Assembly (NCBI GenBank): GCA_964541135.1
Contig: CAZIPK010000001.1
Coordinates: 1-36,075, forward strand
DNA: 36,075 bases
From: an uncultured archaeon
Lineage (GTDB): Archaea > Iainarchaeota > Iainarchaeia > Iainarchaeales > JAAZKV01
Direction: 5' to 3'
A program made the position numbers and the translations under genes. The notes below the pieces were generated by a model, which saw only the letters and a program-made list of their open reading frames with translations, made no database searches and had not been told where the DNA came from. Positions 7,857 to 14,817 of the stretch are shown piece after piece (position 1 is the first letter of the stretch; every line of letters starts with the position of its first letter).

Positions 7857-7870
7857 CTATTATATAAATA
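7857..7870 (-). promoter_or_regulatory. TATA box for the small secreted-protein gene
   Basis: The minus strand reads TTTATATAA, centred ~27 nt upstream of GTG 7837. This is leaderless spacing. Confidence 0.35.
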
Positions 7871-8005
7871 TTTTCGAAAACATACGCGTTCACTTTGATT
7901 ACGACTTGCACACAAACGCAGTCTATTGAGCCAGTCCTAGAAAAGAATTAATAAATTAAGCGCAAGAATAGAATTAAAAAAAATTAAATAAAAGAGAAAA
8001 AGTAT

Positions 8006-8953
8006 TTATCTTCTTGCCCTTGGCTTGGCTCTCTTTACTGCCTTTCTTTTTGGTTTTGCAACAAATTTCTTTGCCTTCACGACAGGTTTTTCGGGGTGAA
8101 GAACCCTATGTGCAAGCAATCTGCTCACCCTTGAAGAAGATTCCCTATGGGAATTCAACTGAGAGAAAACCTCAGCCATGCTAAAATGGTACGCCAATAG
8201 AGCTGGACCCAAAGCAAATGCCGTTGCAATCTTAAATCCGAAAGTAAGTGCTAAAGGGTTAATAAAGAAATAATTAAAAATCAGGGTCGCAACTGCCCCT
8301 AAAGCAATGTAAATGAATAAGAAAATAATCAAGGCAAAAAAAGCCCCTAAAAGAATGCTATTTAAAGTTTTGCCTGATTTTCCGTGAGTCAAAGCCCAAG
8401 ACTCCTTAATAGTTTCTTTAATACCCAAATCACACCTGCTTGAAAAAACCGAGGTTGTGAAAAACAATCTCACAATGTTATAAAAGCACAGTATTGAGTA
8501 AGAAATTAATGCCAAGGTCAAAGCATACAAAACATACTCAAACCCAAAGAATGCGTAGCAATAAAAAGCAAGTGCGGAAGCAATGATTAATAACAACTGA
8601 ACCCTTCTAAAAGAAACATTAGCCCCCCACACAAAAATATAAAACAATTCAACAAAAACCAAAAATATCGTATCAATAATTCTCCTTGGGGAAGGATTGC
8701 AATAACCCTGTCTTTTGCCCTCCAAACAATACTGGATGAGTATAATTATTCCAACGATTAAAACCAAATACAAAAGATCATACAAAATTATTGCTATTGG
8801 CATGGTAATGTGTGAGTAAACCATTCTCTTTTCAAAAATTGTTGGCAATAGCAAAATAAAAGGCAAAGACACCCAGAAAAAAGCAATGAACCAAGCAGCA
8901 TTCTTCAACGAAATCCATGAATAAGCCGATTTAATTATCCTGTCATAATCCAT
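8006..8953 (-). CDS. Polytopic membrane protein with a highly basic C-terminal tail
   Basis: There are about 7 hydrophobic segments. The tail is KPVVKAKKFVAKPKRKAVKRAKPRARR. The track ORF begins at TTG 8998, but the first ATG (8953, MDYDRIIKSAY) is the more likely start. Confidence 0.7.
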   Translation of the reverse strand: MDYDRIIKSAYSWISLKNAAWFIAFFWVSLPFILLLPTIFEKRMVYSHITMPIAIILYDLLYLVLIVGIIILIQYCLEGKRQGYCNPSPRRIIDTIFLVFVELFYIFVWGANVSFRRVQLLLIIASALAFYCYAFFGFEYVLYALTLALISYSILCFYNIVRLFFTTSVFSSRCDLGIKETIKESWALTHGKSGKTLNSILLGAFFALIIFLFIYIALGAVATLIFNYFFINPLALTFGFKIATAFALGPALLAYHFSMAEVFSQLNSHRESSSRVSRLLAHRVLHPEKPVVKAKKFVAKPKRKAVKRAKPRARR

Positions 8954-9149
8954 GATAACAATACGATTATTGGGTATAAAAACATTACTATTACCCAAAA
9001 TAAGTTTGCAAATGTGCGATAAGATTAATTAAAAAAGACAAAATAATTTTTTTACAAAAAAATTAATTTTTTTCACAAGAAAAACAATCCTGCGACAAAT
9101 AACTTTTTTAAAAATTTATAAATCCAATTCAAATCAAAAAAAATGTGGC

Positions 9150-9791
9150 TTAAAATAAAACCCGGTCAATACTTTTCTCCACCACCAAAAAAACATCTTT
9201 AACAGAATCATTAGAATCAACAACAATTATATTTTCTTTAGGAAAAAATGAAGGCATTTTAAGAAAAAAGGGCCTTAACTTTGAAACAAACTCGCTACTG
9301 CGAAAATTATCTGACTGCTTTCTTTTAGTTGAATCATCCAAAGCCATCCTTTTAGCAGCAATTTCTGGCGAAACGTCAAAAACCAATGCCAAATCAGGCG
9401 GCAAAAAATCTTTGTGCCTCAAAAAAACTTTTTCAAAATCAATTCCCTGCACAGTCTGGTAAGCAATGCTACTATACTTATAGCGGTCGCACAAAATAAC
9501 AAAACCCTTTTTTAGACAGGGCTTTATTATATTTTCAATATGCCATTTCCTATCTTCGCAAAACAAATCAAAAATTTCCTCTGAAAAATCGCTGGAAGAT
9601 TTTTGCTTTTTAAATAGCTCACGCAATTTTAATCCATACGGCCCATTAGTGGGCTCATCAGTAACCAAAATATTATCATACTTCTTATCCCGACCATAAA
9701 TATACTCAAAAGCCATCTTTATCATGGTGCTCTTACCAGCCCCGGGCAAACCGTCAAAAACAATAAACTTCCCACCACCCACACTTTCCAC
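9150..9791 (-). CDS. Thymidylate kinase family protein (copy with the canonical DRY motif)
   Basis: P-loop FDGLPGAGKST and motif VILCDRYKYSSIAYQ. GTG start. Confidence 0.75.
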   Translation of the reverse strand: MESVGGGKFIVFDGLPGAGKSTMIKMAFEYIYGRDKKYDNILVTDEPTNGPYGLKLRELFKKQKSSSDFSEEIFDLFCEDRKWHIENIIKPCLKKGFVILCDRYKYSSIAYQTVQGIDFEKVFLRHKDFLPPDLALVFDVSPEIAAKRMALDDSTKRKQSDNFRSSEFVSKLRPFFLKMPSFFPKENIIVVDSNDSVKDVFLVVEKSIDRVLF

Positions 9792-9838
9792 CCTAATTAA
9801 TTCCTTAAATCACAATTACTTCCTTAAATTCATAATAA

Positions 9839-10498
9839 CTACTTTTTTAAATTTAGAAAAGCAACAATTTCATGCCAAATAAGTTCATTAATCTCACTAA
9901 CTCCAAGAAGATTATTTTTTTTTGAACACACAATCCTCTTCCACCCGAGCCGAATAACATTTCTGCAATACTCGTCATAAATCGCACGCTGAAAAATTGG
10001 GTCAGACTCATGCTGGTCAACAATAACAAGCTTTCCTGAATTTTGTTTTTGTAAAAGCACTTGCGAAAACTCAAAAGGCATATCCAAAAACAACACCAAA
10101 TCGGGCTTGGGCAGGCGGGAAGAAGCATTCATAACCCACTGCCATAGCGAAGCCTTGTCATCCCTCTCCAAGGCAACCTGATAAACAAGCGTGGAGGAAA
10201 AAAACCTGCTCAAAACAACAATTAGTCCCTTTGAAAGCAAATCTTCAATATTCTTTTTTGATTCATAAAAATCGCACAAATAAAGCAAAGAAATAAACTC
10301 AACAGGCAACGCATCCTTTGAACCAAAATCCCCTTTAAGGTACGCATCAACAAGCTTTCCAAAACCAACCCCATGCTTTGGAAACTGCAAAAAAACCGCA
10401 CTCCTCCCAGCCTTATTTAATCTCTCAACCAACATCTGGGCATGAGTAGATTTACCGCTAGCATTAGGCCCCTCAAGAACAATAAGCTTTCCACGCAC
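9839..10498 (-). CDS. tmk: Thymidylate kinase family protein (divergent copy, SRF in place of DRY)
   Basis: P-loop LEGPNASGKST and N-terminus LIVLEGPNASGKSTHAQMLVERL are typical of Tmk. The motif reads IVVLSRFFSSTLVYQ. GTG start. Confidence 0.8.
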   Translation of the reverse strand: MRGKLIVLEGPNASGKSTHAQMLVERLNKAGRSAVFLQFPKHGVGFGKLVDAYLKGDFGSKDALPVEFISLLYLCDFYESKKNIEDLLSKGLIVVLSRFFSSTLVYQVALERDDKASLWQWVMNASSRLPKPDLVLFLDMPFEFSQVLLQKQNSGKLVIVDQHESDPIFQRAIYDEYCRNVIRLGWKRIVCSKKNNLLGVSEINELIWHEIVAFLNLKK

Positions 10499-10725
10499 AA
10501 AAAACCACTTCTAAAATAACTACTTCAAAGTTAAAAAAACTACTATTAACCAAAAAAGACGCAATCACCCACAAAAAGCAGGTGAAATTAGCTGAAAATA
10601 AAAAAAAATTTTTAACTTTTATAAAACTCAGAAAAAATACCATTCCCTGCGCTTTAATGCGTACAAAAACCTTTAAAAAAGAAACCAAGCCAAGAATCAA
10701 TAAACAACACCAAAAAGCAATAAAA

Positions 10726-10796
10726 GCGTCTGTGATGTAATGGTAGCATAAAAGCCTTCCAAGCTTTTTGTCGGGGTTCAAATCCCCGCGGACGCA
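10726..10796 (+). tRNA. tRNA-Gly (anticodon UCC)
   Basis: Acceptor GCGTCTG/CGGACGC; D arm ATGT-AATGGTA-GCAT; anticodon stem AAAGC/GCTTT; loop CTTCCAA; 4-nt variable loop; T arm CGGGG-TTCAAAT-CCCCG; discriminator A. Confidence 0.9.
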
Positions 10797-10882
10797 CTTA
10801 ATTTTTTTGGGAAAAAAACCATTGTTAATAAACAAATTCTATTAAATATAACAAACACTAATTTCATATAAAGTGAAACTAA

Positions 10883-11161
10883 ATGAAGAAAGAAAAAAAG
10901 CAAAAAGCAAATCAAAAAATCGCGCTTGAAAGGATTTATCGCTTATTTGAACTTGCAGTGGAAAAAGAAAAATACGCAAAAAGATATATTGGCTTAGCGC
11001 ACAAAATAAGTGAGAAAACAAAGACAAAAATACCAAAAGAGTTAAAACAAAAACACTGCAAAAAATGCAACTCATTAAAAGTAAAACAAGAAAAGAAAGA
11101 ACCTTTCTTGATTATTGCCTGCCAAGAATGCGGGGAAAAAAAGAAATATGGATTAACGTAA
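10883..11161 (+). CDS. rnp4: RNase P protein component 4 (Rpp21/Rpr2)
   Basis: IALERIYRLFELA...AKRYIGLAHKIS...IPKELKQKHCKKCNSL...CQECG matches the helical N-domain plus Zn-ribbon of Rpp21. Confidence 0.85.
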   Translation: MKKEKKQKANQKIALERIYRLFELAVEKEKYAKRYIGLAHKISEKTKTKIPKELKQKHCKKCNSLKVKQEKKEPFLIIACQECGEKKKYGLT

Positions 11162-11340
11162 AAACAAACTAAATTAAAACTCCGCACTAGTTAACATTAA
11201 CTCAACTAAATTAAAATGAAAAACACCCTGCGCCAAAAAAGCCAATTTTGTATCAAAAAAGCTAACTAAAAAGATTTATAAACAAGGAAAATCCTTATCT
11301 AAGTGAAATAAAAATAAAAAGCTAAAGGAGGTGAAGAAAA

Positions 11341-11874
11341 ATGGAACGAAAAGGACAAGGAGCAATAGAATACCTCCTAATAATTGGAGCAGCAATACTC
11401 GTAGTAGCAATAGTAATAATTGCAGTAACAGGAGTACTAGGAACAACAAACGACAGAGGAGAACAAGCATCCGGAGACCAACTAGCAGCACAAGAAAGCA
11501 TGGACACAACTGGACCAGCAATTATTGGATTGCCTATAGAGCTAGCTGACTTTACCACTGCTGGTGGAGGAGTGGGTATGAACAAAACATTCACAGTTAC
11601 AGCAGGTCGACTAAGCGCAAGTGATACACTAAGCAATATTGACCGATGCACTATAACTGGAACAGGAAGTGGCTGGGCTTCAGCAACTACTGGGACAAAA
11701 AATGGCACAGCAACACAAATGCTTGATTTATCAAGCGCAGTTGCACTAGCTTTTACAGCAACTCCCGTAGCGGGAAACAATATCAATGGATCAGCATGCA
11801 CAATAACTCTTACCTGCTTTGATGCGCAAGGTAATTCAACTGTAGTAACATCCCCAGCAGGAATGACATGTTAG
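11341..11874 (+). CDS. Archaeal type IV pilin-like protein with a class III signal peptide
   Basis: MERKGQ|GAIEYLLIIGAAILVVAIVIIAV is a DUF361-type prepilin N-terminus. The C-terminal domain is G/T/A-rich with 4 Cys. A strong SD (AAAGGAGGTGA) lies 5-8 nt upstream and a TATA-like GATTTATAAAC lies ~60 nt upstream. Confidence 0.8.
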   Translation: MERKGQGAIEYLLIIGAAILVVAIVIIAVTGVLGTTNDRGEQASGDQLAAQESMDTTGPAIIGLPIELADFTTAGGGVGMNKTFTVTAGRLSASDTLSNIDRCTITGTGSGWASATTGTKNGTATQMLDLSSAVALAFTATPVAGNNINGSACTITLTCFDAQGNSTVVTSPAGMTC

Positions 11875-11900
11875 TCGAAAAAAACTACTTTAACAAAAGA

Positions 11901-11937
11901 AAAGCCTCTTTTTGGGGGCTTTTCCTTTCTCTTTTTA
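11901..11937 (+). terminator. Hairpin plus T-rich tract after the pilin gene
   Basis: AAAGCCTC (11901-08) pairs with GGGGCTTT (11915-22), including one G-U pair. TCCTTTCTCTTTTT follows. Confidence 0.5.
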
Positions 11938-12040
11938 AATGTTTTCTTTAAGTTTTTACTTAATACTAATGGCTCCTCAAAAGCCGTTTGACGGTTTTAA
12001 GAGTAGAGCATTTAACACTGAAAAGTGGTGGGTGAACGAA

Positions 12041-12616
12041 ATGGGAATAGCAGATGTGCCAAAAGAGCACTTAATAGAAGAGACGGCAAAAAAACTGGGC
12101 GAAGAAATTGAAAAACCCGCCTGGATGAACTATGCAAAAACAGGGGCGCACTCCGAAAGAGCGCCAATAAGGCAAGACTGGTTTTATGTAAGAATGGCAA
12201 GCATTTTATGCAAAGCGCACTCCTGGGGAGTAATAGGAACAGAAGCTCTCAGAAGCTATTACGGGGGAAGAAAAAACAGGGGAGTAAAAAGAGAACACCA
12301 CTACAAAGCAAGCGGAAAAGTAATTAGAGTATGCGTGCAAACACTTGAAAAGAAAGGATACTTGGAAAAAGCAACGCCAAAGGGAAGAAAATTAAGTGTA
12401 AAAGGATTCAAATTATTAAACGAATTATCAAAAGTTGTTGAAAAGAACATGAAAGAAAATATTTACGCTAAAAAACCAAAAGCAAAGAAAGCATTTGATG
12501 AAAAGAAGAAAAAAGAAGTTCAAGACACACTAAAAAAACAGGACAGGGGACACTCAAAACCTGTTGAAGAAAAAAGTCAAAAAGCAGTGAAGAAAAAGAA
12601 AGAGAGTGATGCATAA
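12041..12616 (+). CDS. rps19e: Ribosomal protein eS19 (S19e) with a Lys-rich C-terminal extension
   Basis: ADVPKEHLIEETAKKL...PAWMNYAKTGAHSERAP...DWFYVRMASIL...YGGRKNRG...ASGKVIRVCVQTLEKKGYLEK. The conserved domain begins at ATG 12041, which has GGTG 6-10 nt upstream. In-frame ATGs at 11969 and 11939 are alternative starts. Confidence 0.9.
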   Translation: MGIADVPKEHLIEETAKKLGEEIEKPAWMNYAKTGAHSERAPIRQDWFYVRMASILCKAHSWGVIGTEALRSYYGGRKNRGVKREHHYKASGKVIRVCVQTLEKKGYLEKATPKGRKLSVKGFKLLNELSKVVEKNMKENIYAKKPKAKKAFDEKKKKEVQDTLKKQDRGHSKPVEEKSQKAVKKKKESDA

Positions 12617-12880
12617 ATGGCTCGACATAAAAAAGAAGAATTCAAAGAATTCATGGTCAGTGAAAGAAAAAAAATCGGGTCAGGTCTAACCAACGCCCCA
12701 GTATGGCTAATGCAAAAAGCGGGAAAAAGAATATGGAACAACAAACAAAAAAGAACCTGGAAAAACATTGACATGAAAGACAATTACTTCAAAAACAAGC
12801 AAAAACAACAAAGAAAAACAAAAAAAAGCGGGGACCACAAAAAGCATTCAAAAAAAGTAACTGAAAAAGTGGAGAAGTGA
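12617..12880 (+). CDS. rpl39e: Ribosomal protein eL39 (L39e) with a Lys-rich C-terminal extension
   Basis: NAPVWLMQKAGKRIWNNKQKRTWKN resembles the L39e core (N..VP.WV..KT.r.v....rR.WrR). The ATG abuts the eS19 stop and the gene is syntenic with eL31. Confidence 0.75.
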   Translation: MARHKKEEFKEFMVSERKKIGSGLTNAPVWLMQKAGKRIWNNKQKRTWKNIDMKDNYFKNKQKQQRKTKKSGDHKKHSKKVTEKVEK

Positions 12881-12886
12881 TAGAGC

Positions 12887-13279
12887 ATGGCAAAAGAATT
12901 CAAGGAAAAAACAATCACAATTAATTTAAGAAAAGTTTTTGAAAAACCCGTAACAAAACGAGCCATAAGCGCAAAAAACATGATAATAAAAGCTGTCAAA
13001 AAAGAAACCCGCGCAAAAACCATTAAAATAAGCAACAAAATAAACGAAGAATTATGGAAAAGAGGAAAAGGAAACATACTGCGAAAAATAACGGTAAAAA
13101 TTGTTGCTGAAAAAGGAATTATGCGAGCACTAATGCCTAACGAAAAATATGAGCCAAAACAGGAAAAGAAAAAAGATGACAAAAAAACTGAAGAAAAAAA
13201 AGAAACAAAAAAAGCTGAGCAAAAAGAAGAAACAAAACCACAAAAAGCTTTGGAAAAACAAGAAACAAAAAAAACTTAA
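12887..13279 (+). CDS. rpl31e: Ribosomal protein eL31 (L31e) with a K/E-rich C-terminal extension
   Basis: TINLRKVFEKPVTKRAISAKNMIIKAVKKET...KISNKINEELWKRGKGNILRKITVKI. Confidence 0.9.
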   Translation: MAKEFKEKTITINLRKVFEKPVTKRAISAKNMIIKAVKKETRAKTIKISNKINEELWKRGKGNILRKITVKIVAEKGIMRALMPNEKYEPKQEKKKDDKKTEEKKETKKAEQKEETKPQKALEKQETKKT

Positions 13280-13357
13280 AGAAAAAAATAATTCTTTCAA
13301 AAAATATTCCAAAAAAAGGCCCTAAAACTTAATAATCAATAAATTTTTGTGATTTAA

Positions 13358-14014
13358 ATGGAAATAATAAGAACAAGAATACTTGGGTCAAACTATGTGG
13401 GCTTATTTGGCATATGCAATGATTCTTTATGCTTCCTGCCCGAACAAATAGACAAAAAGACGGAAGACAAAATAGCAAAAACACTTGATGTGAAAACAGT
13501 AAAAATATCCATTTACCAAAGTGCACTTTTAGCAGTTTTTGCAAAAATGAACAACAAATACGCTTATCTCCCAAAATTCGCATCAATAAGGGAAATTGAG
13601 GAAATTGAAAAAGAAATAAAAGCAAAAATAATAAACACTGAAAACGCACTTGGAAATTTAGTTGAACTAAATGATACCGGGGCAATAATATCAAACGCCC
13701 TTGACACAAAAGTGATGGAAGAAATAAAAAAAACAGGGCTTGCTGTAGAGCAGACAAACATTGGCAAAACAGAAGTTGTTGGCTCGGCACTAATCGCAAC
13801 AAAACAAGCCTTCCTGATAAATCCAAACGCAACTAATGAAGAGGTAAGCAAAATTCAAAAAACACTTGGAGTAAAAGGAGGGTCATCAACAGCAAACTAT
13901 GGGGACCCGTTTGTAAGAAACTCCGTGCTTGCAAACACAAAAGGAATAATACTTGGAGAAACAACCACCCCTCATGAAATAAACCGAATAGAAGAAGCAC
14001 TATCAACAGAATAA
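13358..14014 (+). CDS. eif6: Translation initiation factor 6 (aIF6)
   Basis: 218 aa. The N-terminus is ILGSNYVGLFGICNDSLCFLP. The repeated aIF6 pentein pattern is present, and the gene sits in its conserved position after eL31. Confidence 0.9.
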   Translation: MEIIRTRILGSNYVGLFGICNDSLCFLPEQIDKKTEDKIAKTLDVKTVKISIYQSALLAVFAKMNNKYAYLPKFASIREIEEIEKEIKAKIINTENALGNLVELNDTGAIISNALDTKVMEEIKKTGLAVEQTNIGKTEVVGSALIATKQAFLINPNATNEEVSKIQKTLGVKGGSSTANYGDPFVRNSVLANTKGIILGETTTPHEINRIEEALSTE

Positions 14015-14105
14015 AATTGAAAAAAAACAGGGTTAAAATAACTGGAAAAAAAATAATTGCATAGATATTTATTTGTTGCCAAGAAGGAATAAATGGGTGA
14101 GGATA

Positions 14106-14282
14106 ATGGAATACAACGCAAAAGGAACATACTTAAAAAAAGGAATCACTGAAAAATTCAATAAAACAATAAGTGCACAAAATGAAAAAATGGCAAAAGA
14201 AAAACTTTATGCAGAAATGGGAAGCAAACAAGGGCTAAGAAGAGTGGATATTAAAATTGAGGAAATAAAGGCGGCGAAATAA
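14106..14282 (+). CDS. rplX: Ribosomal protein LX (L18Ae/eL20-like)
   Basis: MEYNAKGTYLKKGITEKFNKTISAQNEKMAKEKLYAEMGSKQGLRRVDIKIEEI fits the LX pattern and the conserved synteny aIF6-LX-PfdA. The track ORF starts earlier at TTG 14073. Confidence 0.7.
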   Translation: MEYNAKGTYLKKGITEKFNKTISAQNEKMAKEKLYAEMGSKQGLRRVDIKIEEIKAAK

Positions 14283-14283
14283 A

Positions 14284-14742
14284 ATGGCGGAAAATAAAGG
14301 ACAGCAAATAAGCGAAGAACAGCTAATTCAAATGGCACGGCAAGATGAACAAGAAATAATGCAAAAGCAATCAATTTTACAACAGCTTATGGAAATGATT
14401 AGAGAAGCAACTAACGCAAAAGACACTCTAAAAGAACTTCAAAAAACAAAAGGAAAAATATGGGTTGCAGTAGGAGCAACAATAATGATTGAAGTACAGC
14501 CAATAAACACAGAAAAATGCAAAATGGGTTTAAGCGAAAACGGCTACAAAGATACAACCACAGAAGAAGCAGCCAAATGGCTGGAAGAAAGGGAAATACA
14601 ATTAAAACAACAAATCGAAACCCTCCAAAAAGAAATAACTGAAGGCCAAAACAGATTAACGCAAATAGTAGGAATAATAAAACAAATAGAACAAGAAAAA
14701 AGAAAACAACTAATGAGCCGGCCACCAACAATCTCAAAATAA
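14284..14742 (+). CDS. pfdA: Prefoldin alpha subunit
   Basis: 152 aa with a coiled-coil, central beta-hairpin region (KIWVAVGATIMIEV...) and a second coiled-coil. It lies in the conserved position before ftsY. Confidence 0.8.
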   Translation: MAENKGQQISEEQLIQMARQDEQEIMQKQSILQQLMEMIREATNAKDTLKELQKTKGKIWVAVGATIMIEVQPINTEKCKMGLSENGYKDTTTEEAAKWLEEREIQLKQQIETLQKEITEGQNRLTQIVGIIKQIEQEKRKQLMSRPPTISK

Positions 14743-14817
14743 AAAAATCTTTTAACAAAAGCACACTAAATTAATTTTATTTAATTTCAATCATTATTTA
14801 ACTAAAAAAATAAGTGA

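Noticed and set aside
9801-9829. Direct repeat TTCCTTAAAT x2, 19 nt apart, between the two tmk-family genes.
   Set aside because: It is short and AT-rich. It is plausibly just a TATA-like element and an RBS-like element (minus strand ATTTAAGGAA) for the downstream gene. There is no further copy structure.
10473-10835. 120-aa minus-strand ORF.
   Set aside because: It overlaps the well-folded tRNA-Gly(UCC) on the opposite strand, and its translation is low complexity.
11520-11874. The GC-richer, Thr/Gly/Ala-rich C-terminal half of the pilin as a diversity-generating-retroelement variable region.
   Set aside because: The window contains no reverse transcriptase ORF, and I could not find a template-repeat copy.
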